Positions 10,860 to 21,768 of a stretch of DNA of 64,000 nt are shown here, piece by piece; position 1 is the first letter of the stretch, and every line of letters starts with the position of its first letter. Position numbers and translations under genes: made by a program. This stretch comes from Granulicella sp. Lineage in GTDB: Bacteria > Acidobacteriota > Terriglobia > Terriglobales > Acidobacteriaceae. The stretch covers positions 35,831 to 99,830 of the forward strand of contig DAHWNL010000038.1 of NCBI GenBank assembly GCA_027339965.1, read 5' to 3'. Under the pieces are notes generated by a model, which was not told the origin of the DNA, searched no databases, and saw nothing but the letters and a program-made list of their open reading frames with translations.

Positions 10860-12392
10860 TCAGCGGCGCTGGTTTGCTTGCCTCTTCTGGGCTTCCAGGA
10901 AGCGGCGGACGCGGTCCAGAGTGCGCGCCTTGCCAAAGACGAGCATGCTCTCGACCAGCGGAGGGCTGGTGGTGCTACCGGTGAGGATGGCGCGCAGCAG
11001 CATGAAGTTTTCCTTGACTGACCACTGTTTCGCCTCTCCCAGCGTCTTCAGCGAGAACTCGATGGCCTCCGCCTCCCAGGCGGCTGCCTCCAGTGCGGCC
11101 AGTTGCTCAGCGATAAAGGCCAGGGACTCCTCAAAGCTCCGCTTCTTTGGCAGCCAGACGGACTCAGGAGGCAAGATATTGTCCGCAAAGAAGAAGCCGG
11201 TCATGTCTCCGAACTGGCCCAGAATCTCCATGCGGGACTGGACCAGAGGCGCAATAGCGCGGATGTAGCTATCGGAGAGAATGGTGCTGCGCAGAGCGGT
11301 GAAGAATTCCTCGGGGGTGAGTTTGCGCAGATACTCGCCATTGAGCCATTTGAGCTTTACCAGATCAAAGACGGGTCCTCCCAGAGAGATGCGGCGGAAG
11401 TCGAACTTCTCCAGCATCTCGGCAAGAGAGAAGATGTCGCCTTCCTTGGTGTTGAGGCCCTTGGAGACGATCTCCTGCTCGGTAGGTTGAGCCATGCCGC
11501 CCCCCATCAACCCAAGGAAGTTGAGTATGGCCTGCGGAAGGTAACCGGATTGCTGGTAAAAGACCAGCGAGACCGGATTTTTGCGCTTGGAGATCTTGGA
11601 CTTGTCGGCGTTGCGCAGCAAGGGCATGTGCCAGAACCGAGGCAGTTCCCAGCCGAAGGCGGCGTAGAGCAGGACATGCTTCGGTGTGGAGGAGATCCAC
11701 TCTTCGGCGCGAATTACGTCGGTGATGCGCATCAGGTGATCGTCGACCACGTTGGCCAGATGATAGGTGGGATAGCCGTCGGATTTGAGCAGCACCTGGT
11801 CATCGACGTTATTGTGGTCAAAGGTGATGGAGCCGCGGAGTTCGTCGGTAAAGGTGGTGGACTGGTTCTCTGGAACTTTGAGGCGGACGGTATAGGGCCG
11901 GCCCTCGGTAAGGTAGGCGTCGATCTGGGCCTGGGTGAGATGACGGTGAGCGCCGTTGTATCGGGGTGGCACCTTGGCTGCGATCTGCTGCTGACGCATG
12001 GCCTCGAGCTCCTCTGCGGTCTCAAAGGAGCGATAGGCGTGGCCGCTGGCCAGCAGCATCGCGGCGTGCTCCCGATAGATCGCTGTTCGCTCCGATTGAC
12101 GATAAGGACCATAGGGTCCGCCCACGTCCGGGCCCTCGTCCCAGGCGAGGCCAACCCAGCGCAGGGAGTCGAAGATCATCTGCTCAGAGGCGGGAACGAA
12201 GCGGGTGCGGTCGGTATCTTCAATGCGCAGGATGAACCGGCCCGAGCGCTGGCGTGCATAGATATAGTTGAGCAGGCCGATGTAGGCAGTGCCAACGTGG
12301 GGGTCGCCGGTGGGAGAAGGGGCGATGCGGACACGGACGGGAGCGGCTTCTTGCGTGCAGAGATGCTGGTTCAAAGGGGCCTGGCATGTCAT
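10860..12392 (-). CDS. gltX: Glutamate--tRNA ligase
   Basis: RIAPSPTGDPHVG, RIEDTD, PTYHLANVVDDH, KISKR. Confidence 0.96.
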   Translation of the reverse strand: MTCQAPLNQHLCTQEAAPVRVRIAPSPTGDPHVGTAYIGLLNYIYARQRSGRFILRIEDTDRTRFVPASEQMIFDSLRWVGLAWDEGPDVGGPYGPYRQSERTAIYREHAAMLLASGHAYRSFETAEELEAMRQQQIAAKVPPRYNGAHRHLTQAQIDAYLTEGRPYTVRLKVPENQSTTFTDELRGSITFDHNNVDDQVLLKSDGYPTYHLANVVDDHLMRITDVIRAEEWISSTPKHVLLYAAFGWELPRFWHMPLLRNADKSKISKRKNPVSLVFYQQSGYLPQAILNFLGLMGGGMAQPTEQEIVSKGLNTKEGDIFSLAEMLEKFDFRRISLGGPVFDLVKLKWLNGEYLRKLTPEEFFTALRSTILSDSYIRAIAPLVQSRMEILGQFGDMTGFFFADNILPPESVWLPKKRSFEESLAFIAEQLAALEAAAWEAEAIEFSLKTLGEAKQWSVKENFMLLRAILTGSTTSPPLVESMLVFGKARTLDRVRRFLEAQKRQANQRR

Positions 12393-12443
12393 AGAGATGA
12401 CACACCCATGTTAACAGCTTGAACGGCAGAAGCCGTGCCGAGG

Positions 12444-12773
12444 CTACGGACGGGGCGGTGGAGCAGGCGGGTTGAAGCTCGCCGGCGGCGGTGGATAGTT
12501 TCCCGGCGGGGGCGGATAGGGCTGCAGACCTGCATAGAAGGGAGGAGCAGGGATGACGCGCCAATCCGAGAAGGCGAGGATGCAGGCCACGATGATCCAT
12601 CCGACGGCAGGAACGAGGATGAGCAGAGACAGTGGTCCCGAAAGACCGGCTTTGGAGAAGATCCGCCAGAAGAGGTAGATCGCAAAGACAACAATGCAGA
12701 GCCAGAAGAGCATGAAGATGCCCATCATGCCGGCGATGGCGCTGCTAAGCTGGGTAATTTGATTCTGGTCCAT
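12444..12773 (-). CDS. Small membrane protein with Pro-rich C-tail
   Basis: Hydrophobic helices around FWRIFSKAG; GGAGG SD upstream. Confidence 0.75.
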   Translation of the reverse strand: MDQNQITQLSSAIAGMMGIFMLFWLCIVVFAIYLFWRIFSKAGLSGPLSLLILVPAVGWIIVACILAFSDWRVIPAPPFYAGLQPYPPPPGNYPPPPASFNPPAPPPRP

Positions 12774-12877
12774 GACCGCCTCCGCAGAGAGGTGAAAAGA
12801 GAGATGGAACGACTGTATCAGGAGATGGGGCCCGGGTCAGCAGACGCCGGCATGGGAGCAGGAGCCGCGAATGGAAA

Positions 12878-13498
12878 TCAGGTCAGGTCATCCGTATCAA
12901 AGGACGGCAACTTGCGGCCCAACGCGCTCAGGTTGAGCGGCTCGGCGACTGCGGCCAGGGCTGCATCCACCTCAGCTTCGTCGGGAACTTCGGCGTGAGC
13001 GGCCATCTTCCTGTGTTCGCTGGGGGGGGCGATGGACTCCAGCAGGACCACGACATGCGCAACGGCCGTGCCATCCTGGGGAAGGCCCTCTGGGGTTTTG
13101 CCCTTGATGCTGACGTTATTGACATCGATCCCCAGCAGGTCGGCGACGCGCTCCCGCATCGCTCCGGCCAAAGGAACGATCTTGGGCCGATGCATGATCA
13201 ATACACAGTCGATGTTGACGATCTTGAAGCCAACCAGAGCGATCTCTTCCAGCGCGGTTTTCAGGAAAACCGTAGAATCGGCCCCCTTCCACTTTGGGTC
13301 CGTGGGCGGAAAAAAGGTGCCGATATCGCCGGCGGATACGGCGCCGAGAAGGGCGTCCGTGATGGCGTGAAGAAGAAGATCGCCGTCGGAGTGGCCTGCA
13401 AATCCCTCCGGATGGTCGATCTTGAGACCGCCCAGGACCAGAGGAATGCCTTTCTCAAAGGCGTGAGAGTCAAAGCCGAGGCCGATGCGCAAGCTCAT
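12878..13498 (-). CDS. ispF: 2-C-methyl-D-erythritol 2,4-cyclodiphosphate synthase
   Basis: RIGLGFDSH, GHSDGD, HAITDALLGA, DIGTFFP. Confidence 0.96.
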   Translation of the reverse strand: MSLRIGLGFDSHAFEKGIPLVLGGLKIDHPEGFAGHSDGDLLLHAITDALLGAVSAGDIGTFFPPTDPKWKGADSTVFLKTALEEIALVGFKIVNIDCVLIMHRPKIVPLAGAMRERVADLLGIDVNNVSIKGKTPEGLPQDGTAVAHVVVLLESIAPPSEHRKMAAHAEVPDEAEVDAALAAVAEPLNLSALGRKLPSFDTDDLT

Positions 13499-13591
13499 TG
13501 CAGTTGATCATAAAGCAGGAACGGAGGATTCGATACCCCACTTCACTTGCAAGGCGCTTCGGGAGGATGAGCCGGCACGCATGGGGGATCC

Positions 13592-14308
13592 TCATCCTGC
13601 CAGGTAGAACTCTGCAATTCTCAGGTCTCCGGGCTGGGTGACCTTGAAGTTGCGTGGATTACCCGGGACGACAAAGACGGGAATGTTGGCCCGCTCCAGA
13701 AGGCTGGCCTCATCTGTTCCGGTGAAGCCATCGGCGGCAGCCTCAGCGAAGGCTCGCCGCAGCAAAGGGATGCGTGCTCCCTGCGGGGTCTGGGCCAGCA
13801 CGATGAGTTCCCGGGGGATGGTAGCGGTGACCAAAGCACCGTCAGCGGTGCGCTCCACCTGCTTGATGGTGTCAATGGCGGGGGTTCCGACGATGGCAGC
13901 TCCATGCTTTTCAATCGCGTCGACGATGTGGTCGATGGTGGTGCGATCGATCAGGGGTCGAACTGCGTCATGTACCAGAACGATATCCGCGCTGGCGGCG
14001 CCGGCCCCGGTGCTGGGGATGGCAGCCAAGGCGTTGGCGACGGATTCCTGGCGGGAGTCGCCGCCCGAGACCAGGTGGACCTTTTCGAGGAGGCGATGTG
14101 CAGCGATCATCGCCTGCACGCGCTCCCGCTCCGGCTCCCGGACCGCTACATACACAGCGCTGACGCGAGGCACAGCGAGAAAGGCGCGCAGGGAGTGAAC
14201 CAAAATGGGGAGGCCGCCAAGTTCCAGAAACTGTTTGGAGACGCCGCCGGTGGTATGCGCCATTCGGGTGCCGATGCCTGCGGCCGGGATAATGACAAAG
14301 ACGGACAT
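13592..14308 (-). CDS. ispD: 2-C-methyl-D-erythritol 4-phosphate cytidylyltransferase
   Basis: IPAAGIGTRM, KQF, GGDSRQESV, VHDAVRP, QTPQ, TDEA. Confidence 0.96.
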   Translation of the reverse strand: MSVFVIIPAAGIGTRMAHTTGGVSKQFLELGGLPILVHSLRAFLAVPRVSAVYVAVREPERERVQAMIAAHRLLEKVHLVSGGDSRQESVANALAAIPSTGAGAASADIVLVHDAVRPLIDRTTIDHIVDAIEKHGAAIVGTPAIDTIKQVERTADGALVTATIPRELIVLAQTPQGARIPLLRRAFAEAAADGFTGTDEASLLERANIPVFVVPGNPRNFKVTQPGDLRIAEFYLAG

Positions 14309-14466
14309 GGGAGGGCAGTATAGCTTAAAAGACGCTAGATTTGGATCGGGGTGGTGACGTGACCTTCGGCGGGCAGGGGCTCGATGTATCTTCCTTTCCC
14401 TTGTCATTGGCTTCGAGGGTGCCTGCGTCGCGTCTGAGAACTTCTTGGCGGTGGAACGAGGCGGCA

Positions 14467-15765
14467 ATGAAGGAGAAGAAAGCCATGGCAGCGATGGGGA
14501 CGCTGGCCATCGAACGCGGATTGATGGGGGCTGGTGAGCGGGTGTGCGTTGCTGTCAGCGGGGGTGCGGATTCTGTGGCGCTGCTGCTGGCTGTGGCGGA
14601 GGCGAATCAGGCAACGGCGCAGAATAAGGCTCCGTTGGGGGTGGTATTGAGCGCGGCGCACGTACACCATGGGTTGCGCGGAGCAGAGGCGGATGCCGAT
14701 GAGGCTTTTGTGGCAGACCTATGCCGAAGGTTGGGTATCACGCTGCGAGTGTTTCGGGTGGACACCGCTGCCCGCCAGGCGCAGCAGACTGAGGGGGTGG
14801 AGGAGGCGGCTCGGAACCTGCGTTACCGCGCGTTGCGGAGCTTGATGGAGAGCGGCGAGGTCGATGTGGTGGCGACTGCGCACACGCTGGACGACCAGGC
14901 CGAGACGGTGGTGATGAAGATGCTTCGAGGCGCCTGGACGGAGGGGTTGAGCGGAGTTGCGCCTGTGCTGGCGCTGGGCGGCCTGCCGCACGGCGATTGC
15001 AACCAGCACGAGCCTAGGGCAGAGAGTCGGCTCGTCGGGCAGTATGCCAGGCCTGTTGCCAGAGATTTGTCCAGAGAGGCTGATGGAACAGAGCCCGGAA
15101 TCGTGTTCCGGCAGGGCGCCAAAATGGCCGGGTGGAGGATCGTGCGGCCTTTGCTGGGGGTGAGGCGGTCAGAAGTGGAAGCTTTTCTCCGGGAGCGCGG
15201 GCAGGACTGGAGGGAGGATGCTACGAACCAGGACCAGAGCCTGACTCGGAATCGCGTGCGGCACGGGCTGATGCCGCTGCTGCGGGAGTTTAATCCTGGA
15301 GTGGATGAGCTATTGGCGCGCACGGCGGGGGTGGCTCGTGAAGAGGAGACTTACTGGCAAGCCGAGGTGGCTCGCGTTCTTCCTCAGGTGCTATTGCCGG
15401 GCCGGCCGGCGCGCGGGGGCGGAAGGTCGGTGAGCACGGCAGGGGAGGGAGTTGCGTATGCGCTGGAGATCGAACGGTTGCGATCGATGCCGGCCGCACT
15501 GCGCCGACGGATCGTCCGCGCGGCCGCGCGCCAGGTCTTTGCGGAGCCCGGCGCCGCAGGGCCTGTGCGCGGAGGCTATGTGCTGAGCGGAGAGGAGACG
15601 GCTAAGGTGTTGACGTTGGCGGGGTTTCCTGGGATCAGGGTAATGGTTACGGGAAAGATTGGCAGCCGCTTGGAGTTGCATGGGGGGCTGAGGGTGGAGC
15701 GGTCAGCGCGGGAGATTCGCTTGTGGCGGCAGCCGCGGGCCGATCGAGAGTCCCCGGAAAGATAA
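14467..15765 (+). CDS. tilS: tRNA(Ile)-lysidine synthetase
   Basis: AVSGGADS PP-loop, HVHHGLRG, EEAARNLRY, TAHTLDDQAET, RPLL, RNRVR; start 14467 or 14485. Confidence 0.95.
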   Translation: MKEKKAMAAMGTLAIERGLMGAGERVCVAVSGGADSVALLLAVAEANQATAQNKAPLGVVLSAAHVHHGLRGAEADADEAFVADLCRRLGITLRVFRVDTAARQAQQTEGVEEAARNLRYRALRSLMESGEVDVVATAHTLDDQAETVVMKMLRGAWTEGLSGVAPVLALGGLPHGDCNQHEPRAESRLVGQYARPVARDLSREADGTEPGIVFRQGAKMAGWRIVRPLLGVRRSEVEAFLRERGQDWREDATNQDQSLTRNRVRHGLMPLLREFNPGVDELLARTAGVAREEETYWQAEVARVLPQVLLPGRPARGGGRSVSTAGEGVAYALEIERLRSMPAALRRRIVRAAARQVFAEPGAAGPVRGGYVLSGEETAKVLTLAGFPGIRVMVTGKIGSRLELHGGLRVERSAREIRLWRQPRADRESPER

Positions 15766-16030
15766 CGTCCGCGGACCCGCCAGAGACAATATCGCTGGTC
15801 CGCGGCTGAGACCCAGAGTAGAATCTAGGTTTGATCCATGCCGAGGGCCGGGCAGCCGCAAAGACTGCATCATATTTGCGGGGTAGACGTCTAAAACAAC
15901 AGGGCGAGCCCTCGGGACCGCTGCGACCAACGGATCGCGCAGGCCAGATTAAGGAACTGGCGAACGATTTGAGAGCCTGAAGCTGGGGTGCCCGCCTATA
16001 CATTTGGGCCGGCGCTGAAAGTGCAGCAAG

Positions 16031-17968
16031 ATGAAACGAGGAATCCGATTGAACTCGACTTTTAAACAGTTGTTGATTTGGTTGCTGACGCTGGGCTGTC
16101 TGCTGGTGGGCTGGCGCTTTGTCACGATGAACATGGGCCAGAAGAACGATAAGGCAATCAGCGTCACCGAGATGCAGTCAGAGGCGGATGCCGGCAAGAT
16201 CTCAGACATCCTGGTCGATGGCACGGACGTGACGGGGAAGTACAAGGACGGCAAAGAGACGTTTCACACCGATATCACGCCGAACTACATGGACCGAGCC
16301 GAGGTTCAGGACTTGGACAGCCATGGGGTGAACGTGACCATCAAGAGTCAGCAGGGGAACGTTTACTGGAATGCGTTGCTGAGTTTCGCCCCCATCCTGG
16401 TGCTGGTAGCGCTGTTCATGTTCATGATGCGGCAGATGCAGTCGGGCGGCAACAAGGCGCTGAGCTTTGGCAAGAACCGGGCGCGCCTGCTCTCCATGCA
16501 GCAGAAGAAGATCACGTTTAAGGACGTGGCCGGCGTTACCGAGGCCAAGGAAGAGCTGCGGGAGATTATCGAGTTTCTGCGCGAGGCGCAGAAGTTCCAG
16601 CGCCTGGGCGGGCGGATTCCCAAAGGCGTGCTGATGGTGGGCCCCCCGGGAACCGGCAAGACGCTGTTGGCGCGGGCCGTGGCCGGTGAGGCGAATGTTC
16701 CGTTCTTTTCGATCTCCGGCTCAGACTTTGTCGAGATGTTTGTGGGCGTGGGCGCCTCGCGAGTGCGCGATCTGTTTGAACAGGGCAAGAAGAACGCTCC
16801 CTGCATCATCTTTATCGACGAGATTGACGCTGTGGGACGTCACCGTGGCGCCGGTCTGGGTGGCGGCCACGATGAGCGCGAGCAGACGCTGAATCAGTTG
16901 CTGGTGGAGATGGACGGGTTTGAGTCCAACGATGGGGTGATCCTGATCGCCGCCACCAACCGGCCGGACGTGTTGGATCCGGCGCTGCTCCGTCCGGGGC
17001 GTTTTGACCGGCGCGTGGTGGTGGACCGTCCGGACATTCGCGGGCGGGAGGAGATCCTGAAGGTTCACTCCAAGAAGGTGCCGCTCTCCGATGACGTAAA
17101 TCTGGCGGTGCTGGCCCGCGGAACACCGGGCTTTACCGGCGCGGACCTGGCCAACATGGTGAATGAGGCGGCCCTGACGGCGGCCCGGTTCAACCGCAAG
17201 TCAGTTCATATGTTTGACTTCGAGGTTGCCAAAGATAAAGTGCTGATGGGCGCGGAGCGCAAGTCCATGCTGCTGAGCGAGGACGACAAGCGCGACACAG
17301 CCTACCACGAGGCCGGGCACGTGCTGGTGGCGGCCAAGCGCGAGCACTCCGACCCTCTGCATAAGGTGACCATCATTCCGCGCGGCATGGCGTTGGGCGT
17401 GACGATGCACCTGCCGGAGGAGGACAAGCATACCGTGACTCGGGATTATCTGAATACGCAGCTTGCCATTCTGATGGGTGGGCGCTGCGCGGAAGAGATC
17501 TTCATGAACCGCATGACCACCGGCGCGGGCAACGACATTGTGCGCGCCACCGAGCTGGCCCGCAAGATGGTCTGCGAGTACGGCATGAGTGAGCTGGGAC
17601 CGCTGACCTACGGCAAGAAGGAGCAGGAGGTCTTTTTGGGCCGGGATATTGCACAGTCCAGGGACTACTCGGATGACACCGCGCAGCAGATCGACAGGGC
17701 GGTTCGGCGGCTGGTGGATGAGGGGTACAACTCCGCCTACAAGATCCTGGACGAGAATCGCGATATCATGCACGCCATGGCCGCAGCATTGCTGGAGCGG
17801 GAGACGCTGGATGCCTCCGAGATCGAGCTATTGATCCAGGGCAAGCAGTTGCCGCCGGTAAAGTCAGCGTTGGCCGCTGCCGGCGAGGATGAGGACAAGC
17901 AGCAGGTGCTCAAGCCGGAGGGCGGTCGTAAGCCCGGCTTTGGAGAGGGGCAGCCCAACCCGGCATAA
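16031..17968 (+). CDS. ftsH: ATP-dependent zinc metalloprotease FtsH
   Basis: Two TMs, [25 protein letters not shown]. Confidence 0.98.
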   Translation: MKRGIRLNSTFKQLLIWLLTLGCLLVGWRFVTMNMGQKNDKAISVTEMQSEADAGKISDILVDGTDVTGKYKDGKETFHTDITPNYMDRAEVQDLDSHGVNVTIKSQQGNVYWNALLSFAPILVLVALFMFMMRQMQSGGNKALSFGKNRARLLSMQQKKITFKDVAGVTEAKEELREIIEFLREAQKFQRLGGRIPKGVLMVGPPGTGKTLLARAVAGEANVPFFSISGSDFVEMFVGVGASRVRDLFEQGKKNAPCIIFIDEIDAVGRHRGAGLGGGHDEREQTLNQLLVEMDGFESNDGVILIAATNRPDVLDPALLRPGRFDRRVVVDRPDIRGREEILKVHSKKVPLSDDVNLAVLARGTPGFTGADLANMVNEAALTAARFNRKSVHMFDFEVAKDKVLMGAERKSMLLSEDDKRDTAYHEAGHVLVAAKREHSDPLHKVTIIPRGMALGVTMHLPEEDKHTVTRDYLNTQLAILMGGRCAEEIFMNRMTTGAGNDIVRATELARKMVCEYGMSELGPLTYGKKEQEVFLGRDIAQSRDYSDDTAQQIDRAVRRLVDEGYNSAYKILDENRDIMHAMAAALLERETLDASEIELLIQGKQLPPVKSALAAAGEDEDKQQVLKPEGGRKPGFGEGQPNPA

Positions 17969-17984
17969 GTGCAAGCTGGTTCTC

Positions 17985-18017
17985 GCAGGGGCGGCCTTTG
18001 GGCCGCCTTTGCATTTT
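17985..18017 (+). terminator. Intrinsic terminator after ftsH
   Basis: 12-bp stem GCAGGGGCGGCC/GGCCGCCTTTGC, TTTG loop, followed by ATTTT. Confidence 0.75.
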
Positions 18018-18101
18018 GGGGTAGAGGTTCCATCCCCGGGGTAGCCTGGTGATAGCGATGCGATCTCGCGGAAGATGGGCCGGGTGCGATAGGCTAACCG
18101 C

Positions 18102-19880
18102 ATGAAGAGATTGCGGGGTTGGTGGATATACGGTCTTGCGCTGGAGTTGGTGGTGGGAATCCCTGGAGCACAGGCTCAGAGAGCCCTACCTTCAGCCCAA
18201 ACCGCCACTACGACGCCGGGGGTGACAGTAGGGCACGGGGCGCAGCCCGCCGACGCGGGATTGGCACCGACAAAGGATGATCTGCTGCGTGGCGGATATG
18301 GCCCTTATCGTGAGAATAACCACATTCTGTTCTATCATTTGACGCTTAAGGTTGATCCGTCTACCAAGACCCTTGCCGGCAGCAACATGGTGCGGTTCAA
18401 GATGTTGAAGGATGGGCGGAAGATCCAATTGGAACTCACCCCAGTGCTGACCATCGACAGCGTGGTCTTTGAAGGCAAGCCGGTGCGGTGGGTGCGCGCA
18501 GGTTCCGGATCGGGGAGTTCGGGCGGCAGCGATCTAAGGACCTTTTATGTTGAATTTCCGCGCCAACTGAAGGCCGGTGGGATGTATGAGGTTACGGTGG
18601 CCTATCACGGGCATCCTTTGACGCAGGGACGCTTTGGGGGTGTCAACTTCGACAAGGACAAAGAGGGCAAACCTTGGATCACGACTGCTTGTGAGGGCCA
18701 GGGGGCCAGCGTATGGTGGCCCAACAAGGACCAATGGAGGGATCGGCCGGAGGGGATGGAGATCGACGTTGCGGTACCCAATGGGCTGATGGATGTGAGC
18801 AACGGGCGGTTTGTGGCCAGCAAGGACCTGGGCGATGGATATACGGAGTGGGAGTGGAGGGTACACTACCCGATCAACAACTACGATGTGGCGCTGAACA
18901 TTGGGGAGTATCAGCACTGGTCGGGTGTGCATGTAAACAAAGAGACGGGCCAGAAGACGACGCTGGATTATTATGCGCTGCCTGAGGATTTGGCCAAGGC
19001 CAAGGTGCAGTTTCAGCAGGTTCCGGTGATGCTGGATGCTTACGAGCATTACTTCGGCGAGTATCCGTTTGACAAGGATGGATACAAACTCATCGAGGTG
19101 CCGTATGCCGGCATGGAGCATCAGAGCGCGGTGGCCTATGGAAACCACTTCGAGAACGGATACTACGAGCGCGACTGGACAGGGGTAGGGATTTCGCCAC
19201 GCTTCGACTTCATCATCATCCACGAGAGCGGACATGAGTGGTTTGGCAATGCGATCAATGCGGCCGACCGGTCGGATATGTGGATCCATGAAGGCTGGAC
19301 CACCTACATGGAGTCGCTTTATGTGGAGTATCGCTGGGGGAAGGCGGACGCAATCCGGTATCTGAACGGGCTTGTACCCAAGGTAAGAAACCGGCAGCCT
19401 GTGATTCCGCCACACGGGATCAATGCTGAGCCGACGGAGGATCAGTACTTCAAGGGAGCATTGATGATCAACACGCTGCGCAGCGTGATTGACGATGATC
19501 CGAAGTGGTTTGCCGATCTGCACGACTTCTATCAGCACTTCAAGTACCGGAGCATCATGACCGAGGATGTGGTGGCCTGGTGGAACCAGAGAACGGGGAT
19601 GGATCTGACTCCATTTTTCAACGAGTATCTGCGCCATGCGGCGATTCCGGTGCTGCGGCTGAAGTTCGATGCCGCTAAGGGAACGGTTGCGTACCGCTGG
19701 TGCGCCGATGAACCGGCGTTCGCCATGCCCATCAAGATTGGCAAGCCCGGGAATCTGACACTGGTGACGCCGGTGACCACCGGGTGGAAGACGATGCCGT
19801 GGACACAGGATCCTGACTCGCTGGTGGTGCCGCATACCCTTTATTACATTGGAGAACGGACGGGTGAGGCGTGCCGATGA
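18102..19880 (+). CDS. Exported M1-family metalloaminopeptidase
   Basis: Signal peptide, AGMEH, HESGHEWFGN...WIHEG, YFKGA. Confidence 0.92.
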   Translation: MKRLRGWWIYGLALELVVGIPGAQAQRALPSAQTATTTPGVTVGHGAQPADAGLAPTKDDLLRGGYGPYRENNHILFYHLTLKVDPSTKTLAGSNMVRFKMLKDGRKIQLELTPVLTIDSVVFEGKPVRWVRAGSGSGSSGGSDLRTFYVEFPRQLKAGGMYEVTVAYHGHPLTQGRFGGVNFDKDKEGKPWITTACEGQGASVWWPNKDQWRDRPEGMEIDVAVPNGLMDVSNGRFVASKDLGDGYTEWEWRVHYPINNYDVALNIGEYQHWSGVHVNKETGQKTTLDYYALPEDLAKAKVQFQQVPVMLDAYEHYFGEYPFDKDGYKLIEVPYAGMEHQSAVAYGNHFENGYYERDWTGVGISPRFDFIIIHESGHEWFGNAINAADRSDMWIHEGWTTYMESLYVEYRWGKADAIRYLNGLVPKVRNRQPVIPPHGINAEPTEDQYFKGALMINTLRSVIDDDPKWFADLHDFYQHFKYRSIMTEDVVAWWNQRTGMDLTPFFNEYLRHAAIPVLRLKFDAAKGTVAYRWCADEPAFAMPIKIGKPGNLTLVTPVTTGWKTMPWTQDPDSLVVPHTLYYIGERTGEACR

Positions 19881-20428
19881 AGCGGGGGAGGTGCGCTGCC
19901 GCTAAAGCTCTCGCACTGGGAATCGCATTGGCGATGACGGGGTGCGGGTACCATGAGATGGGAGCGGCAACGCATCTGCCGCCCAACGTGCAGACGCTGG
20001 CCGTGCCGATGTTTGTCTCCAAGGTGCAGGCTTACAACACGGAAGCGGTGTTTACTCAGGCAGTGGTGCGGGAGCTGAATACGCGCACCAACTACCGCGT
20101 GCTCTATGGGGTGAAGGCCAGTGAGGCCACCAAGAATGCGGATGCGGTGTTGAGGGGAACCATTACGAACGAGTCGGTGGCGCCGCTGACCTACGACTCG
20201 TCGAGCGGACAGTCTTCCAGCTACCTGGTGATGGTAACAGCCAGCGTGCAACTGGTGGCGCGCGATGGAAAGGTGCTTTACACGAACGACGCCTTTGCAT
20301 GGCGCCAACAGTATCAATCGACGGAGGCTCTGAGCCAGTTTGTGCAGGAGGATGGCTTTGCCGTCCGCAGGATGGCGAGAGACTTTGCGCAGGCATTGGT
20401 GAGCGAGATGCTGGAGGGTTTTCAGTGA
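19877..20428 (+). CDS. lptE: LptE-family LPS assembly lipoprotein
   Basis: Lipobox MTGCGY, size, directly upstream of holA; ATGA overlap with the peptidase. Confidence 0.8.
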   Translation: MKRGRCAAAKALALGIALAMTGCGYHEMGAATHLPPNVQTLAVPMFVSKVQAYNTEAVFTQAVVRELNTRTNYRVLYGVKASEATKNADAVLRGTITNESVAPLTYDSSSGQSSSYLVMVTASVQLVARDGKVLYTNDAFAWRQQYQSTEALSQFVQEDGFAVRRMARDFAQALVSEMLEGFQ

Positions 20429-21705
20429 GCGAGCAGGCAGCCTTCCGGGAGGGTCAACAAGCGGATCTTAACGGCCCCGGATTCCGTCGGTCGGAGCTGA
20501 GGAGTTTTGCAGCCGTGGAGCGCTTCCTGGCCGAGGTGAGTCAGGAGCCGGCCTCTACCCAGGATAAGAACCATCGTGCAAGGCAAGCCGGCTATGTGTT
20601 GCTGGGCGATGACATGTTCCTGCTCGATATGTGCCTCAAGGGGGCTGTTCAGGCGCTCGTGCCCAAGGAGATGAGAGAGTTCTGTCTACATGATTTGGAT
20701 CTGGGGCAGACGACGGTGTTTGAGGCGCTCGATCTGGCTCAAACGCCATCCTTGATGGCTCCATTCCAGGTGCTGATTCTGCGCAACGTGAAGATGCTCT
20801 TTGGACGGGGGCAGAAGAAGGAAGAGTTTGCGGCCATCGACGCCTACTTTCGCAGGCCGAACCCGCAGGCGATTGCGCTTTTTGTCGCGGATCATATCGC
20901 ACTGCCGCAGGATCTGCGCCGAATGGAAATGGCGGATAAGGACAAAGCGGAAAAAATTCGCGAGATGCTGGGCGATGCGTGCTGCGTGGTGGAGCTGCAG
21001 CGGGTGAGCGAAGAGGATGCCGTGCGTTGGGTGGTGCGCGAGGCCAGGGAGCGGGGAGTGAACTTCCGCGAGGATGCGGCCAGAGAGCTGGTGGATGCGC
21101 TGGGTGCAAGTGGAGGCGCGGAGATGATGATGGTGGCCAGCGAGATGGAAAAGCTGCTGCTCTATGCTGGTCATCCCGCCGTGGCCGGCCATCCGTCCGG
21201 GGAATCTCGACGGTACGAAGTGGAGCAGGAGACAGTGGTTGAGCTTCGGGATGTGGAGAGGATGGTGTCGGCGGCCAAGCAGAGGAGTTTGTATGAACTG
21301 ACCGATGCTATCAGTCTGAAGGATGCGCCGCGTGCCCTGGCGCTGTTGGGAGGGCTGTTGAACGCCTCGGAAGGCGGTGAAGATGCTGCCATTGGACATG
21401 TCTTCTCGCTGGCCAGAATCTTTCGCCAGATGCTGGTGCTAAATGAGAAGAAGGTGAAAGACCAGCGGACGATGTGGCAGGTGCTGTGGCCCGGGTTCCG
21501 GGTAGCTCCCTTCGCTGCTGATGCTTTGATTGCGCAGGCGCGCCGTTACAAGGACCGCACAGAATTGAAGAAAGGATTGCGGCTGATTGCGCAGGCAGAT
21601 TTCGAGTTGCGGTCCAGCCCAGCAGACAAGCGGCTGGTGCTGGAGATGTTGGTGATGCGCCTGGCAGGCAGGACCGGGGAGATGGAGCCGGGGCTGGTTG
21701 CATAG
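20425..21705 (+). CDS. holA: DNA polymerase III delta subunit
   Basis: YVLLGDD, QTPSLMAP, SEMEKLLLY, YELTDAI, ADFELRS; GTGA overlap with lptE. Confidence 0.87.
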   Translation: MSEQAAFREGQQADLNGPGFRRSELRSFAAVERFLAEVSQEPASTQDKNHRARQAGYVLLGDDMFLLDMCLKGAVQALVPKEMREFCLHDLDLGQTTVFEALDLAQTPSLMAPFQVLILRNVKMLFGRGQKKEEFAAIDAYFRRPNPQAIALFVADHIALPQDLRRMEMADKDKAEKIREMLGDACCVVELQRVSEEDAVRWVVREARERGVNFREDAARELVDALGASGGAEMMMVASEMEKLLLYAGHPAVAGHPSGESRRYEVEQETVVELRDVERMVSAAKQRSLYELTDAISLKDAPRALALLGGLLNASEGGEDAAIGHVFSLARIFRQMLVLNEKKVKDQRTMWQVLWPGFRVAPFAADALIAQARRYKDRTELKKGLRLIAQADFELRSSPADKRLVLEMLVMRLAGRTGEMEPGLVA

Positions 21706-21768
21706 AATTTCGCCGCGCAGCAGGGCAAGATGCAGAAGGAAGCTTTTTACCGGAAGAGGGAGGATCGG

